Of a DNA stretch of 64,000 nt, positions 1 to 11,900 are shown one piece after another. The stretch is taken from contig NC_067400.1 in NCBI RefSeq assembly GCF_016432865.1, forward strand, positions 612,374,001 to 612,438,000, written 5' to 3'. The notes beneath the pieces were generated by a model. That model worked only from the letters and a program-made list of their open reading frames with translations, did not search any database and had not been told where the DNA came from. Each line of letters begins with the position of its first letter. Position 1 is the stretch's first letter. A program made the translations under genes and the position numbers. The DNA comes from Antechinus flavipes (Eukaryota).

Positions 1-532
1 CCCCCCAGCTTTTCTGGCCCCCCAACAGTTCCTTCCCGCCCCCACCCCACTTCCAGCTAGCCTTCCCTGATCAAGCTCACCTCCTCCTACCGGCCCTCCC
101 CAGCTGCACTGTCCTGCAGCGGGCAGCTTTGCCATGGCCTTTGGTAGATATCCCCGACCTTGCCCTCCCCTAGTCCTGCCTGGGGGATGGTGAGCCTCCC
201 TCATGCGGGGACAATGGCTCCCCCTTCCTTCACAGCCCCCCTACATCCTTTCACAGCCTTATACGTAGGGGATGCTTAGGACATTGTGGTGACTGACAAT
301 AAGGACTGAGAGCTCCAGACAAAGGCAGCAGTGAGAAGCGACAGCAGCAGCTAGGAGAGGAGAGAACAGGGTGGCTTGTGTCCGGCTCCCGCCCGCACGC
401 CCGCCCCCCTTCTCGCCGCAGGCAGGGCTAGCCTTCAACTTTAGGGATCCACATGCACCCGCGCGCGCACACATAGGCCCGGGACCCCAAGGGGTCCCAG
501 AAACGGAGACACTGAGGCCACAGGCAACCTAC

Positions 533-574
533 CTGGGGCGCTCAGTGACTTTCCAGGATAGAGACCTCTTTGGA
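533..574 (-). CDS. MAG: MAG alternatively spliced stop-containing exon (S-MAG specific), 42 nt
   Basis: TAATAG|TCC AAA GAG GTC TCT ATC CTG GAA AGT CAC TGA GCGCCCCAG|GTAGGT; matches the S-MAG C-terminal decapeptide. Confidence 0.9.
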
Positions 575-3500
575 CTATTAGAAAGGAAACGGAGTCACAG
601 TCCAGGGAGACTGAGGGAGAATAGCCCTCCCCTCCCCCACCCCGCGAGCACAACCCCAGCTCCGGCCCCTGCTCCGGCCCCTGCTCCCCCGGATCCATCC
701 GCACTGCCCCAGAACTCCTGTTTTCCATCTCTCTCCCCCTCCCCCTGGGTCAGCCCCCCTGGTTTGCTACCTAGCTCTCGACTTGCCCTGCCACCCCTGT
801 GCCCCTCCCCCGCTCTGTTACTCCCTAGTTCTCACCTCAGATTTCTCTGGCACCCCTGGAATGCGGAAGTCGCTGCTGAACAGAACTGGGGGATTCTCCC
901 CACCTGCAAAGCTGGGGCTCTCAGCCATGTTCTTCCTATGAGGGCAGTACCCATCAGGCCCAGCGGGAACCCGGGGTCTCCAGTCCCTGGCCCTCTCACC
1001 AGGTGCTGATCCCCACACCTATTCTCAGAGCTATAACTAGGAGGGGGCATTTCAGCGGGGACAAAAACCGCCGGGGACGGGCGGAGGTAGGCTACGCAGA
1101 CGTAGCCGCCCCCTCGGGTTCAGGGGTTAGGCCGGGCTGTCAGAAAAGGGATCACAGCAATAGCATCCTTGGAGGGGGGATGTTGGGGTGCTCTATACGG
1201 GGCTGGAGGGGGGAGACCGTGAAACAGTAAGCAGAGGTGTCCGTCAGTGTCCTGGGGGCAAAATCCCCTCCTAGGGCAGAGCCCTGCCCGGCTCAATTGT
1301 CCCCTCCGGAACCCAGGCCACTCAGCTTACAGGAAATAGCCTGGCACCTCCCAGCCCCAAAGCCTTGGCCGTTTCCCAGCCAGTCTGCACCCCATCCTGG
1401 CCTGCAACGGTCCCCTTTCCTCAGCCGGGACGCTTGGGGAATTCAGCCTGTGATAGAGCGAGCTCTCAGTCCTCTGCTTTGAGATTGGGAGCATCCATTT
1501 GGATTCCCTTGGGTCATTTCCCAGGACCTGAGGCAGCCCGGCTGCCTTAGGCCATCCTCCCTCTCCCCCTGGTGGTCAGTGAGGAGAAGGAACAAAGAAC
1601 TTTGTGCTCTCAGCTCCAGCCAGAGGCTGGCCCCTAATTGCTCCACCCAGTTGAGCTCTTTCCCAGCCCATTTTTCTGCCCTGACCTGATTCCCAAGCCT
1701 CAGTGACCAGGAACTGCTAGCCAGTAAAATCCCGGAGGAAATGGTTGAGCTTGGAACTTGGACAAGCACTTTCTTAGGCCAGATTTTAAGAGTAAGAATT
1801 GCAAAGATAGAGGCTGCAATCAAGTTTTCTTGGGCACTGTCCCTAACTTCCTCATCAAAGTCAATGGCAAAATAAATAAATGGATGAATAAATAAACAAA
1901 TAAATGAATGAATGAATAAGTAAATAAATAATGGCAAATGTAAACAGCCTGAGGTTAGAAACTCAATTTTGTTTTTGTTTTGTTTAGCTAATTGATGGAA
2001 CAAGGGTCCCACGTCTAGTAAAAGTCTGAAGCTGGATTTATCCAGTGTGCTTTATCCACTGTACAACCTCGCTGCCCCTAGGAACAGATTTTCATTTTGG
2101 TTTTGGGTCCCTATTGCCCAGCACCTACTTTAATGCACCGCAGGTGCTTAATTCACCTAGTTGAATGTTTGGGATTTCTGGATAAAGGGTGTGAAATCTT
2201 CCCTTTGTAACAATCCCTCAACAATTGAGCCTTGACTGGATTTATTTTTGTGGGTTTCCCCAAGGGAGCTCCCTAAGATCAGGCTCTTCCTAAGGCTATC
2301 TTTTCTCCTCCTATTTCCCTCCTAACAATATGCAGCACATATAGGGGCCTTCGTGAGAAAATTACCACCATTATTCCCCATTCCCAAACCTCCCAGAAGT
2401 CACCACCACCCTGCCCTGGACAGGATTGTGGGGACAGCAAGTCTATACCTCCAAACCAGCCCTGGACAGGAGCATGGGGGCACCGAGTCTATGCCCCCTC
2501 CACCCCAGCCGCGGATAGGATCGTGGGGGCACCAAGTCTATGCCCCCATGCCAGTCCTGGACAGGAGCATGGAGGCACTGAGTCTATGCCCCCATTCCAG
2601 CTCTGACAGAAACATGGAGGCACCGAGTCACTGACCCCTCGGCTCCAATCCTGACAGGAGCATGGGGTCACCGAGTCACTGACCCCTCCACCCTATCCCT
2701 GGACAGGATCGTGGGGGCACTGAGTCTATGTCCCCCCGTTCCAGCTCTGGCAGAAACATGGGGGCACCGAGTCTCCGCCCCCTCCGCCCCAGCCCCGGAC
2801 AGGATGGTGGGGGCACCGAGTCTCCGCCCCGACCCCCTCCCGGCCCGGCCCCAGCACTCTCACTTCCTGCGGGTCTGGGTGATGTAGCATACGATAGCGA
2901 TGAGGATGGCAAAGGCGACCACGGCTCCCACGGGCCCGATTTTGGCCCACATCAGTCGGTCTAGAGCCAGGAAAGAAGCAGACAGCCCCGAAGCGGGTCA
3001 GGGAGGAAGGGGAGGGAGGGGCAGGGGCGGAGAGAAGGCCAGGAGGCTGAGGTCCCGGGAGCGGGGAGCCCCCTTTCCCCACTCCCCCCACCGTCCCCCC
3101 CATCCCCACCCCCCGGCCTCCCAGCCGGCTTACTCACTGGCTCCCTGGAAGGGCAGCTCCAGGGTCTTGGTGCCGTAGAGATTGCGAGCCGAGCAGACGA
3201 CGCGGGGCGGGGCTTGCACCTGCCCGCGGAGGGTGAGGATGCTGGTGAGCACGAGCCCCGTGCGCTCCGAGTACACGAACTCCCGCTCCGTCTCGTTCAC
3301 CGTCACGTTGCGAGAGGGCAGCTCGAAGGCCACCGCCGGCTCCGGGTTCGACTTGACGGCACAGACGCACTGCACCATGTCCCTCACGGCCGCGCAGTGG
3401 GAGTCCAGAAGGATCACGGGGGCAACTGCAAAAGGGGCGCCGGGGCCTCGCTCAGCGGCTCCTCCTCGGCAAAGCAGCCCGCCAAACCGTCCCCAAACCC

Positions 3501-4568
3501 CGCCTCGGCCCCAGGAGCTCCCGCTCCGGCCTCACGAGAGCCCCGGGTCTCATTCCCGAGCCGTCTCGCCTCCGTTCGCTCCACCCCAGCACCGAGAAGT
3601 CGCACCTTGCTACGGCTTCTGCCTCCGTTTCCTCTCCTGCGGAGAGTCTCCTTGTCTATAGGACAAGGCCACCGCTCTCGGGGCTGGAAAGCTCTGGACC
3701 TTACAGGTCATCCAAATCAGCCCCTTTTACACGTGAAAAATCTAGAGCTAGGAGAAGTCCGAACCAGACTTAGCGGTCTCCCCGCAGCCTCCACTTGAAC
3801 GCATTGATTGGCACTCAGGACAAATGTTAGTTCTCTGTGCTGATTTGCGAGGGAACAGTGACGGAGACAATCCCCTTAGTTTTTACCTAGGGGACTTATT
3901 CACTCCCCTGCCCTGGAAGCTTCAGTGGCTCCCCATTGCCTCCAGGATAAAAGTACACAATTCTTAAGAGAGGATTTAAAGCCCAGTTTGGCCCCAAGTT
4001 GCCTTTCCAGACTTATTCCACAAATCCCGCATCTGTACTTTATACAGGCTGCCCTTCATGCTGGGAATGAACTCATCCCTCAACTTCACACCTCATCTGA
4101 GCAGACCGACCAGTAAGACTGGAGGGGGCCTGGGCACAGGATCAGGCCCTGAGCAGGGACCATCCCCACTTGCCCAGGTGCTGAGGTGGCAAGGAGGGAA
4201 GGGAAGCTGGAAGGGAGAGCGGACTCACACTCCACGGAGATGTTGAAGGCGCTGGCTCTCTGCCCGTACTGGTTTTCAGCCACACACCAGTATTCCCCAT
4301 CATCCTCGGCAGTGACAGCGGGCAGCTCCAGCAGCAGCTGACTCTCATAAATGACCGTGGCCAGAATCTGCTTCTCCTTGAAGATGGTGAGAATGGGGTC
4401 TGGGTTGCTCTGCGTGGAGCAGAGGATGGACACGGCTTCGCCCTCCACGGCCACCACGGTCCCGTTCACGGAAGGTTTCCAGGGAGCGTCTGAGAAAGGT
4501 GGAGAAGGAATATGGGACATGGGAGCCGAGGGAGAGTCGGAGATCTGGGATTCTCTCCCAATCCCATC

Positions 4569-4600
<32 letters not shown>

Positions 4601-7600
4601 CACACACACACACACACACACATACACACACACACACCCTGTCCTGGGAATCAGAAGCCGGGTCCTAACCTTGTCCAGAGCCCAAATGCTAATTCAGTGC
4701 CCAATGATAAGAGCACCACAGACCTAACCTGCGGTCCAAGGGCCCAGCCCTAATCTATAATACTGGCTTTGTCTCTGGCTCCTCCTGTTTCTAACCATTG
4801 TCATTCAGCTCCAGCACAAGCCTGGTCTCATTCTTTACTTTCCTCAGAAAACCCATGAGCTCAGGGATGAGCCAATCCCAGCGCGCCCTCGGATAGGCCC
4901 TGGTGAGTTCAGCTGGCCTCTCTCTGTTTATCTCCCGGCCCTCCCTCCCCGGGTCCAGGGGGAGAGAGCCCCGGAGAACCACTCACACATGACGCTGAGG
5001 CCCACTGTGTGGTTGTCCTGCCCGTAGGCATTCTCAGCCAAGCAGGCGTAGATGCCATCCTCCTGGGGGGTCAGGTCCTCCAGCTCCAGGGTCAAGCTCC
5101 TGGCCACGGCCTCCCTGAGTACAGCCCCATCCCTCATCCAGGTCAGCAGAGCGGTTGGGTTACTGTCAGCCCCACAGAGCAAGCTCACCTGTGACCCCTC
5201 AATGGCCTCCACGGAGGTATTCATCTCCACGATTAAAGGGGGGTCTGAGAGCAGGGACAGACACCAAGAACTTTCAGGAGACTCGGGCACTTTTTTGCCA
5301 AAGGTCTCACTTTTCTCCCACCGTTATTCTCCCAGACCCCAGCTATCTTTACCTCTCCCCCCACCCCCAGGGCCCTGGAATTCATGGGAAAGCCTTCAGA
5401 CTGTGATACCTCAGCACCCCTCGAGGCTCGGGAGTCTGCCCTCCCCACCTTGGGTTCTGTTCCCAAGCTCACATTTGATGTCCAAGCTGGCGTAACCCTC
5501 ATATTGGAAGGTGGTGTTGGGGAAGGTGACCTGGCAGCCGAGTCTGTGCCCGTTGGCCTCTCGAGTGGGCACAAAGTGCAGCAGGGATGCCTGCACCCAA
5601 GTACCGCCATCTTCCCGCATTCTGCCCAGCACGGCCGGAGCCCCCAGGCCGTCATGGCCCAACCAGCTCAGCGTTGGGTGCAACTCGGGGCAGTTATCGG
5701 GCACCATGCAGCTGATCTCCACTTCTGTACCTGCCACCACCTCAGGGGGCACCACAATACTGGGAGAATCTGTCCAGGGTTGGGGGAGTCAGCAATGGAG
5801 GCACCCGTAACTTTCCCCCCATTATCCTGACAAGTGTTCTTCCCCTTCTTTTCCCATTCATATACCCCTAAAAACCGACACTCCTTCATTCACCGATCCC
5901 TAAACACATAAGATTCTCATTCATTGTCCATTCAGTGTCTTGGTTCAATGCTTCCGCCATTTTGTCCTGAGTGGAAATCTATATTTGTATTATTTTGCCT
6001 GTTATCTCCTTTCACACCATACCAGGGCAGGGATGTATCAGTGGAATTCTCATCTCCATTGGACTGGGACCACATATAATTAGAGTCTCCCCGTAGTCTT
6101 GGAAATCCATCACTTGGCCACAGTGATGGCAGTGGTCATGAAAACATGAGCTTAAAGGAATCTGGGTATAGGAGCACAACCAGGAGTCACGTGGCTCTAA
6201 GGGTCAACTTAACTTGACCACTTGAACCTCTCTTCTTCTCCCCTCCCTGCAACCCCTTCAATTCTTTTGAGATTCTGGGATTGAGGCAAGTAAGTGGTCT
6301 GAGGCTGGTGAGTTGGGGGGGAATCGATGAAAGAAGTCTGGGAATGGCCCCCTGGGGGCGGGCAGACACAGGGAAAGAGCGTGGACAGGGCTCTGGACCA
6401 GGTGGCAGGAAGTCCTGCCTTGGAATGCTCCCTAGCTGAGCATCAGCTGAGGTCCCCAGTCTGGTTTTCATTACTCCTGACCCCCTTTAGAAGGGAGATT
6501 CTTAAGAAAAGGAGCTTTCCTTACTTGGTATCCCCATGCACTGCTTGGTATGCAGTAAGCACTTAAATGATGTTCATTGACTGACTGACCCATTTTCTTC
6601 ACCAACACCATCCCTGCTGGATTTCTTTGAGTATAATTATACGTGACTCCTGTCTAGTCTAGAGGGAATTTCACAGACTGTCATGGTGGTGGGAGGGGGG
6701 GGGACATCAGCCTGCATCAGCCAGGTGTCTAAGACAAACACCTTGATGCAGGTGCACGAGGGACCTGGCCCTTCGGCTTCTTTCCCCCTTTCTATGGAGG
6801 GAGCTCGATACCAAAAACTTATGATAAGGCCTTGGGCGACCATAACGTGCTCTACCTAGGCAGTTATTATCACTATTACTCCCTTGCTTTGGCCAGACTT
6901 TGGTTAGACGTGACAGGAAGTCATGGTGACTAGGATTTGAGAACTGAAAGAAAACTTTGGGATCATGGGAATAAACTCATTCCAACTCTCCTCTTAGGCC
7001 TCAGTGGATAAAAGCTCCCTCTGTCTTAGTGCAAGGACCCCAGAATTTCCTTCCGGCCCCCAGCCCCCCAAAGCCTTCAGAATCCCACGTGGGTTACTCA
7101 CTGATGATGTCCAGTGTGCTGTGCTCAGAGAAGGTATACTGATTGTAACCTCCCAGGTCCGCTCGGAAGTAGTACTTGCCCCCTAGCTCTGGGCTGAGGT
7201 GTGTGAGTTGCAGGGTGCAGTTTCGGAGACCCAGGTCTCCCAGGAGCCGACTTCGACCCTGGAAGCTCTCGTGGACAACGTGGGTCCGGGATTTGAAGAC
7301 CACTGGTGGGTAGTTCTTGGGATAGGGGCTGTTGAAGTACCAAACGCCGTGGATCACAGCAGGTCGCAGCTCGTCGGGAAAATCGAATCGGCACGGGATG
7401 GAGACGCAGGTCCTCTCGAAGGCTGAGATGGTGGAGGGCATCCAGGCCCCCCACTGACCGCCCCTTGAGGCTTCAGAGAGGAAGAGACCCAGGCTGTAGA
7501 TAGAGGGAGTCCCGCACCTTCCCTTCCTAGGACTCAGGCACCCNNNNNNNNNNNNNNNNNNNNNNNNNNNNNNNNNNNNNNNNNNNNNNNNNNNNNNNNN

Positions 7601-7989
7601 NNNNNNNNNNNNNNNNNNNNNNNNNNNNNNNNNNNNNNNNNNNNNNNNNNNNNNNNNNNNNNNNNNNNNNNNNNNNNNACATACACACTCATACGCATAT
7701 ACACATTCACACACACACTCACACACAAATTCACACCTTCACACACACACTTGCACTCATACACACACACTCACACACATACACTCACAAACATACACAC
7801 ACACACACACACATACAGACACACACCTTGGCCCCCTACCCTTCTTCAGGGACCTAGCTATCTGCCCCACCCCCTCCATCCCCATCTCCATCCCAAAGCC
7901 TTAAACCATCTTGTCATCCCCATTTCCCTTTACCTGCATTTACCTGCAATCATTATCCAAAAGAGAGGCAGGGCAGTGAGGTACCTCAT
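542..7989 (-). CDS. MAG: Myelin-associated glycoprotein (Siglec-4), S-MAG isoform, 582 aa
   Basis: Coding exons (minus): 7944-7989 (MRYLTALPLFWIMIA), 7102-7470 (V-set, WGAWMP..YYFRADLGGYNQY), 5473-5769, 4987-5244, 4229-4489, 3138-3425, 2864-2960 (TM, RLMWAKIGPVGAVVAFAILIAIVCYI), 836-935, 542-574 (SKEVSILESH*). All GT-AG and frame-consistent; total 1749 nt. L-MAG last exon not found in window. Confidence 0.97.
2410..2835. repeat. ~47-bp minisatellite, ~9 degenerate units, in the MAG intron after the TM exon
   Basis: Recurring CCTGGACAGGAGCATGGGGGCACCGAGTCTATGCCCC core at about 2411, 2461, 2510, 2556, 2602, 2650, 2698, 2748, 2795. Confidence 0.85.
4572..4637. repeat. (CA)n microsatellite
   Basis: Direct reading; further imperfect CA tracts at 7679-7825 and 9815-9856. 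Confidence 0.9.
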
Positions 7990-9918
7990 GGTGCTCCCCA
8001 GGACCAACTGGGGGGGGGCAGCAGCTGGGAATTGGAGAGGAAAGAGTTAAAGGTAGACGTGGGGGCAGGAGAGGGAGGACCTTTTAATCCAACGAGCACG
8101 GATTGAGCACCTACTATATGCAAGGCTCATACAGGCGCAGGGAGAGTGGAGGAAGCATGGGATGGGGGGGAGGGAGGGGAGGGGGGGAGGGAAGGCACAC
8201 CTTGCCTTAGAGATCAGATCTTTGCTGGGTCCTTGGAGCCGACTGAAGGATCTCCTCTATTCCACCCTGAAGCTGCGAGCCGGCCGACCTGGAATGGAAG
8301 TTGGGAGCATGGAGAGGAGCCCGAGCGCGCCGTCCCCCCATGCTCTGTCCCCAGCGCCGGCGGCCAGCTCTCGGCGCTCCCCTCCCCGGGCCGCACCCCC
8401 CCGGACCTGGCAGCCAGTTACCTCTCCCCGGGCCCATAGTATCTGGCTGCCCCATGTGCCCGGACACGCCTGGAGCCCCCACACACATTCCCGCTTCGGT
8501 GCTGGCAGCAGCTGGGACTGTGCTGAGGGGGCGGAAACAGCTCCCTGCATCATGACAGCACTTGCTTCCCCCCCCCCCCCAACGCCAGGGAGAGTCCTGC
8601 CGAGGCCCCCAGGTGGGAGGGAGTGGGGAGAGGTGCGCCGGGAGGAAGGCAGAGCGCAGGAGACCCTGCGGCTCCGGTTGGGCTGGAGGGGGCGCAGAGG
8701 GAAGACAGGGAGGGGGGGAGGAGCGGTGGAAGCTCCGGAGGAAAATCCTACAACTCGCAGGGTGGGAGGTGAGGTGGGCCCAGCGGGATGCGAGGGAGCG
8801 GGGGCCTGGGTCCGTGGGGACCATCCCGTCAATGCCTCCGTTTCACCAACTGGACATTCCCTAAATGCCGGGAGCATTCCTGCCGCCTTCTGCCCCCCCA
8901 CGGACCCCATCCCCCAGCTAGTGCCTGGCCCCTGGCCCCAGGACAAAGGAGTGCTGTTCCATCCAGGGGCTCGGCTACCCCCTCTCCCCCTGGGGGCTTC
9001 TGGGAGAGGAGGTGTGTGAGAAAGAAGGCCCTTCTTCCCCACATCCAGCACCGATGACTGGTAGGGGGCTGTGTCCCGGGGGGTAGCTGGGAGTTCTGCG
9101 GTCCCCCCTTTCCCAAACCCTGCGCCGTCCTACGCCGCCGGGAGCTGGAGCTGGAAGGGAGCTCCTCAGTAAGTAGCGGAGCCAGAATCTAGGGTCCTCC
9201 CGTCAGAGCTCCCCCCCCCCATCCCGCTTCCCACCCGTTTTCTGTACCCACACACATACAGAGACAGACACGTGGAGAGACAGCTCAGACACGTACAGAG
9301 ACACGCGCGACGTCCAGCCCTCAGGCCGGCATTCACACTCCACACCTAAGTCCAGACACTCTCACACGTGCAACCCCCCAAAACACGGACACGGCCCGGG
9401 GTGGAGGGGGGGACCCGGTCCGGGCGGAGGGGGGACACGCAGAGCAGCCCTGCCAGCCGTAAACATCCGCCGGCAGCCCGAGATGCAGCCCCGGCGTCGG
9501 CGCGCTCCTGAGCCTTCCCTTGCCTCCGTCCCTCGAGCCCCCTCAGCGCCCCCTTGTCCTGCGGCAGCTCCCCAGCAGCAGCCCCTCGCTCCCGGCCCAA
9601 GCAGTCCGTCCCCCTGACCTGAGAGCCGTCCCAGCCCGGTCAGTGCAGAGCAGCCCGTCCCGTCCAGAGCGGCCCCTGCTCCTTTGCCGTCAGGATTCAC
9701 TGCGCTGACCTCTCTCTCTTGTCCCCTCAGCTTCAGCCTGTCCACCCATCCAGCTCCCCCTCCCCCGTCCCAGGGTCTAGGCCTTGGAGGACCAGCCCTT
9801 CCCCTCCCCCCCCACATACACACAGACACACACACACATACACACACACACACACCCAGGGTGCCAGGGGCCGCCTGCCTCCAGCACCCGGCTCCTCCCT
9901 GCCCGGGGAAGGGGGGGG

Positions 9919-9936
9919 CACAAAAGGGCCCTTGTC
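9919..9936. promoter_or_regulatory. Candidate dimeric SOX10 site upstream of MAG
   Basis: CACAAAAGGGCCCTTGTC: inverted ACAA/TTGT SOX half-sites ~1.9 kb 5' of the MAG ATG, next to a GC-rich region. MAG is an established SOX10 target. Confidence 0.45.
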
Positions 9937-11718
9937 ACAGCTGGGGCCGAGGCCGGGGCTGCCGGATGCCTGGGTCCTACATGAGTGTAGGGATGTGTGG
10001 AGGAGAGGATGGCTCAGAGGCCACTCCTGTCCCTCCCTCCCGCCTGCCTCCTCTTGCCTCCCCTCTGGAGCCTCCTTCCCCAGGGAGATCCGCAGCAGGT
10101 TGCAGCCCTGGGCCGGGGGAGCTCTGGACAGAATCCTCCGTCACCACCATTCTGAGGAGGGGGAGAAAGGGTCGAGCAGTGATTTATTCTCAGGGGTTTG
10201 GGGAAAGGGGCCATCACCTGCCCCCATCACCTGCCATGCTAGCTGCCCTCCCTCCCCCAGAGGCTGTGTGGAGCAAGGTTCAGGTCAGACCTGGCTCTCC
10301 TGCCTCAGTTTCTCCAACTATAAAATGGATCTCCCTCACAAGACTGCTGTTACCAGGATGATTTCACAAGTGTGAAGTGCTTTGCAAACCTTATCACATT
10401 CTGAGAATGTTGTTCCCCTCAGAGTTGGCTCTCCAATTTAAGCATTTGCAAAGGGGGCAGTTGTAGAGAGAATTATCATTGTAAGAAGTTCCGGGACTCA
10501 AACCCCAGTGACCAGGACATCAGGAGGCCAGTTCTTTGGGCTCCACTACAGCTTTCCCTGTCCTGCCCACCAACCCCAAAGTCAGGGAGGGAGGAGGGGT
10601 GCCATCTCCCCAAGAGGGAATCCCTGAGTGAGGGGTGGGGAATTCCCAGGGGTAGAAGCGATGGGTGGGGGGGAGGAACTGGTCCTGCCACCCCCACCTC
10701 CGGTTCCATGATGTCAGACGCTGCCCGTGCCTTCCCCGAGAGTGAGACAAAGACCCATTGAAGAAGCAACTGGGGAAGGGATGGGGATGAAGTCCTAAGT
10801 CCTAAAAGGGAAGCGGGGGGGGGGGGCATAGCCTGAGTTCCTAAGGGCAGGTGAAACTAGGGAGTCAGATGCCAGGTCCTTCGAAGTATGGGGATCAGGT
10901 GGAAGAAAAAGGCTTTTAAATAGTGTTAAATATTTAACATGGATGGGACTACCTGCCAGCTTGGGGGGGGGGAAGGAGGGGAAAAGTTGGAACAGAAGGT
11001 TTTGCAAAGGTCAGTGATGAAAAATTACCCATGCATATATCTTGTCAATAAAAAGATCTAATTAAAAAAAAAGGAGAAAAAATAAAAATGGAAAGGTTGC
11101 TGGATTTGGGGTCAGGGGAGCAGGGTTTGAGTTCTGGATCTGCCATGAACATCCTGTGTGACCTTGATAAGGAGCTTGTCCTCCCTCAGCTCCAGTTTCC
11201 TCATCTGAAAAACTCTATATTCCTATAACTGTACTAGAACCCTAAACCCCTGAGGTCTCTGCCAGGACTAAAGGTTGGCTGACCTTGCAGGAAGAGTCCC
11301 TAAGAGAGTCAGGGAGGAGAAAGGAGAGGCTGGCCCATTCCTGCCAGGCTTAATGGCTCAGCCCCAGGCAGAGGGAACAGCTTTCGCTGCCACTTTCCTC
11401 CAGGACACATCCTAAGGTGACACTATTTGCACAAACTGGAAAAGGGATCAAGGCACCCTGTATTTCATGGATAATAGAGATTGCCCAACTTCCCGGGGAC
11501 AGGCTTCTCCGCTTGACTCCGCCAACAAGGGAAGTTTGATTCCCAGTTAGACCTAGAACGGTCAATACACTGTACCAGGTTGAGATAAATATAAAGATAA
11601 TGGCTCTCAAGGAGTTCACAGTCTAAGAGGGGTTATACAACACCTGGCTGGATCAATATAATTATAATGATGGGTCTAGAGCACGAAAGGCCCTCCCTCA
11701 GAACTTATTTTTGCTTTT

Positions 11719-11900
11719 CAGTCATTTCAATCGTGTCCGACTCTTTGTGACCCTTTGAGGGTTTTCTTGGCAAAGATATTGGAGTGGCGGGCCATTGCAT
11801 TCTCATTTTACAGATGAGGAAACTGAGGCAAACAGAAGGAAGTGATTTGCTCAGGGTCACACAGATAGGAAGCCTCTGAGGTCAGATTGAAACTCAGGAC
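11719..11900 (-). mobile_element. MAR1/MIR-like marsupial SINE
   Basis: CAGTCATTTCAATCGTGTCCGACTCTTTGTGACCC...TTGGCAAAGATATTGGAGTGG...TTTTACAGATGAGGAAACTGAGGC...GGTCACACAG. Confidence 0.75.

Noticed and set aside
8162-9051. 205-285-aa Pro/Gly-rich ORFs upstream of the MAG ATG
   Set aside because: GC-rich intronic or 5' sequence with no recognisable domain; MAG 5' non-coding exons could not be placed confidently.
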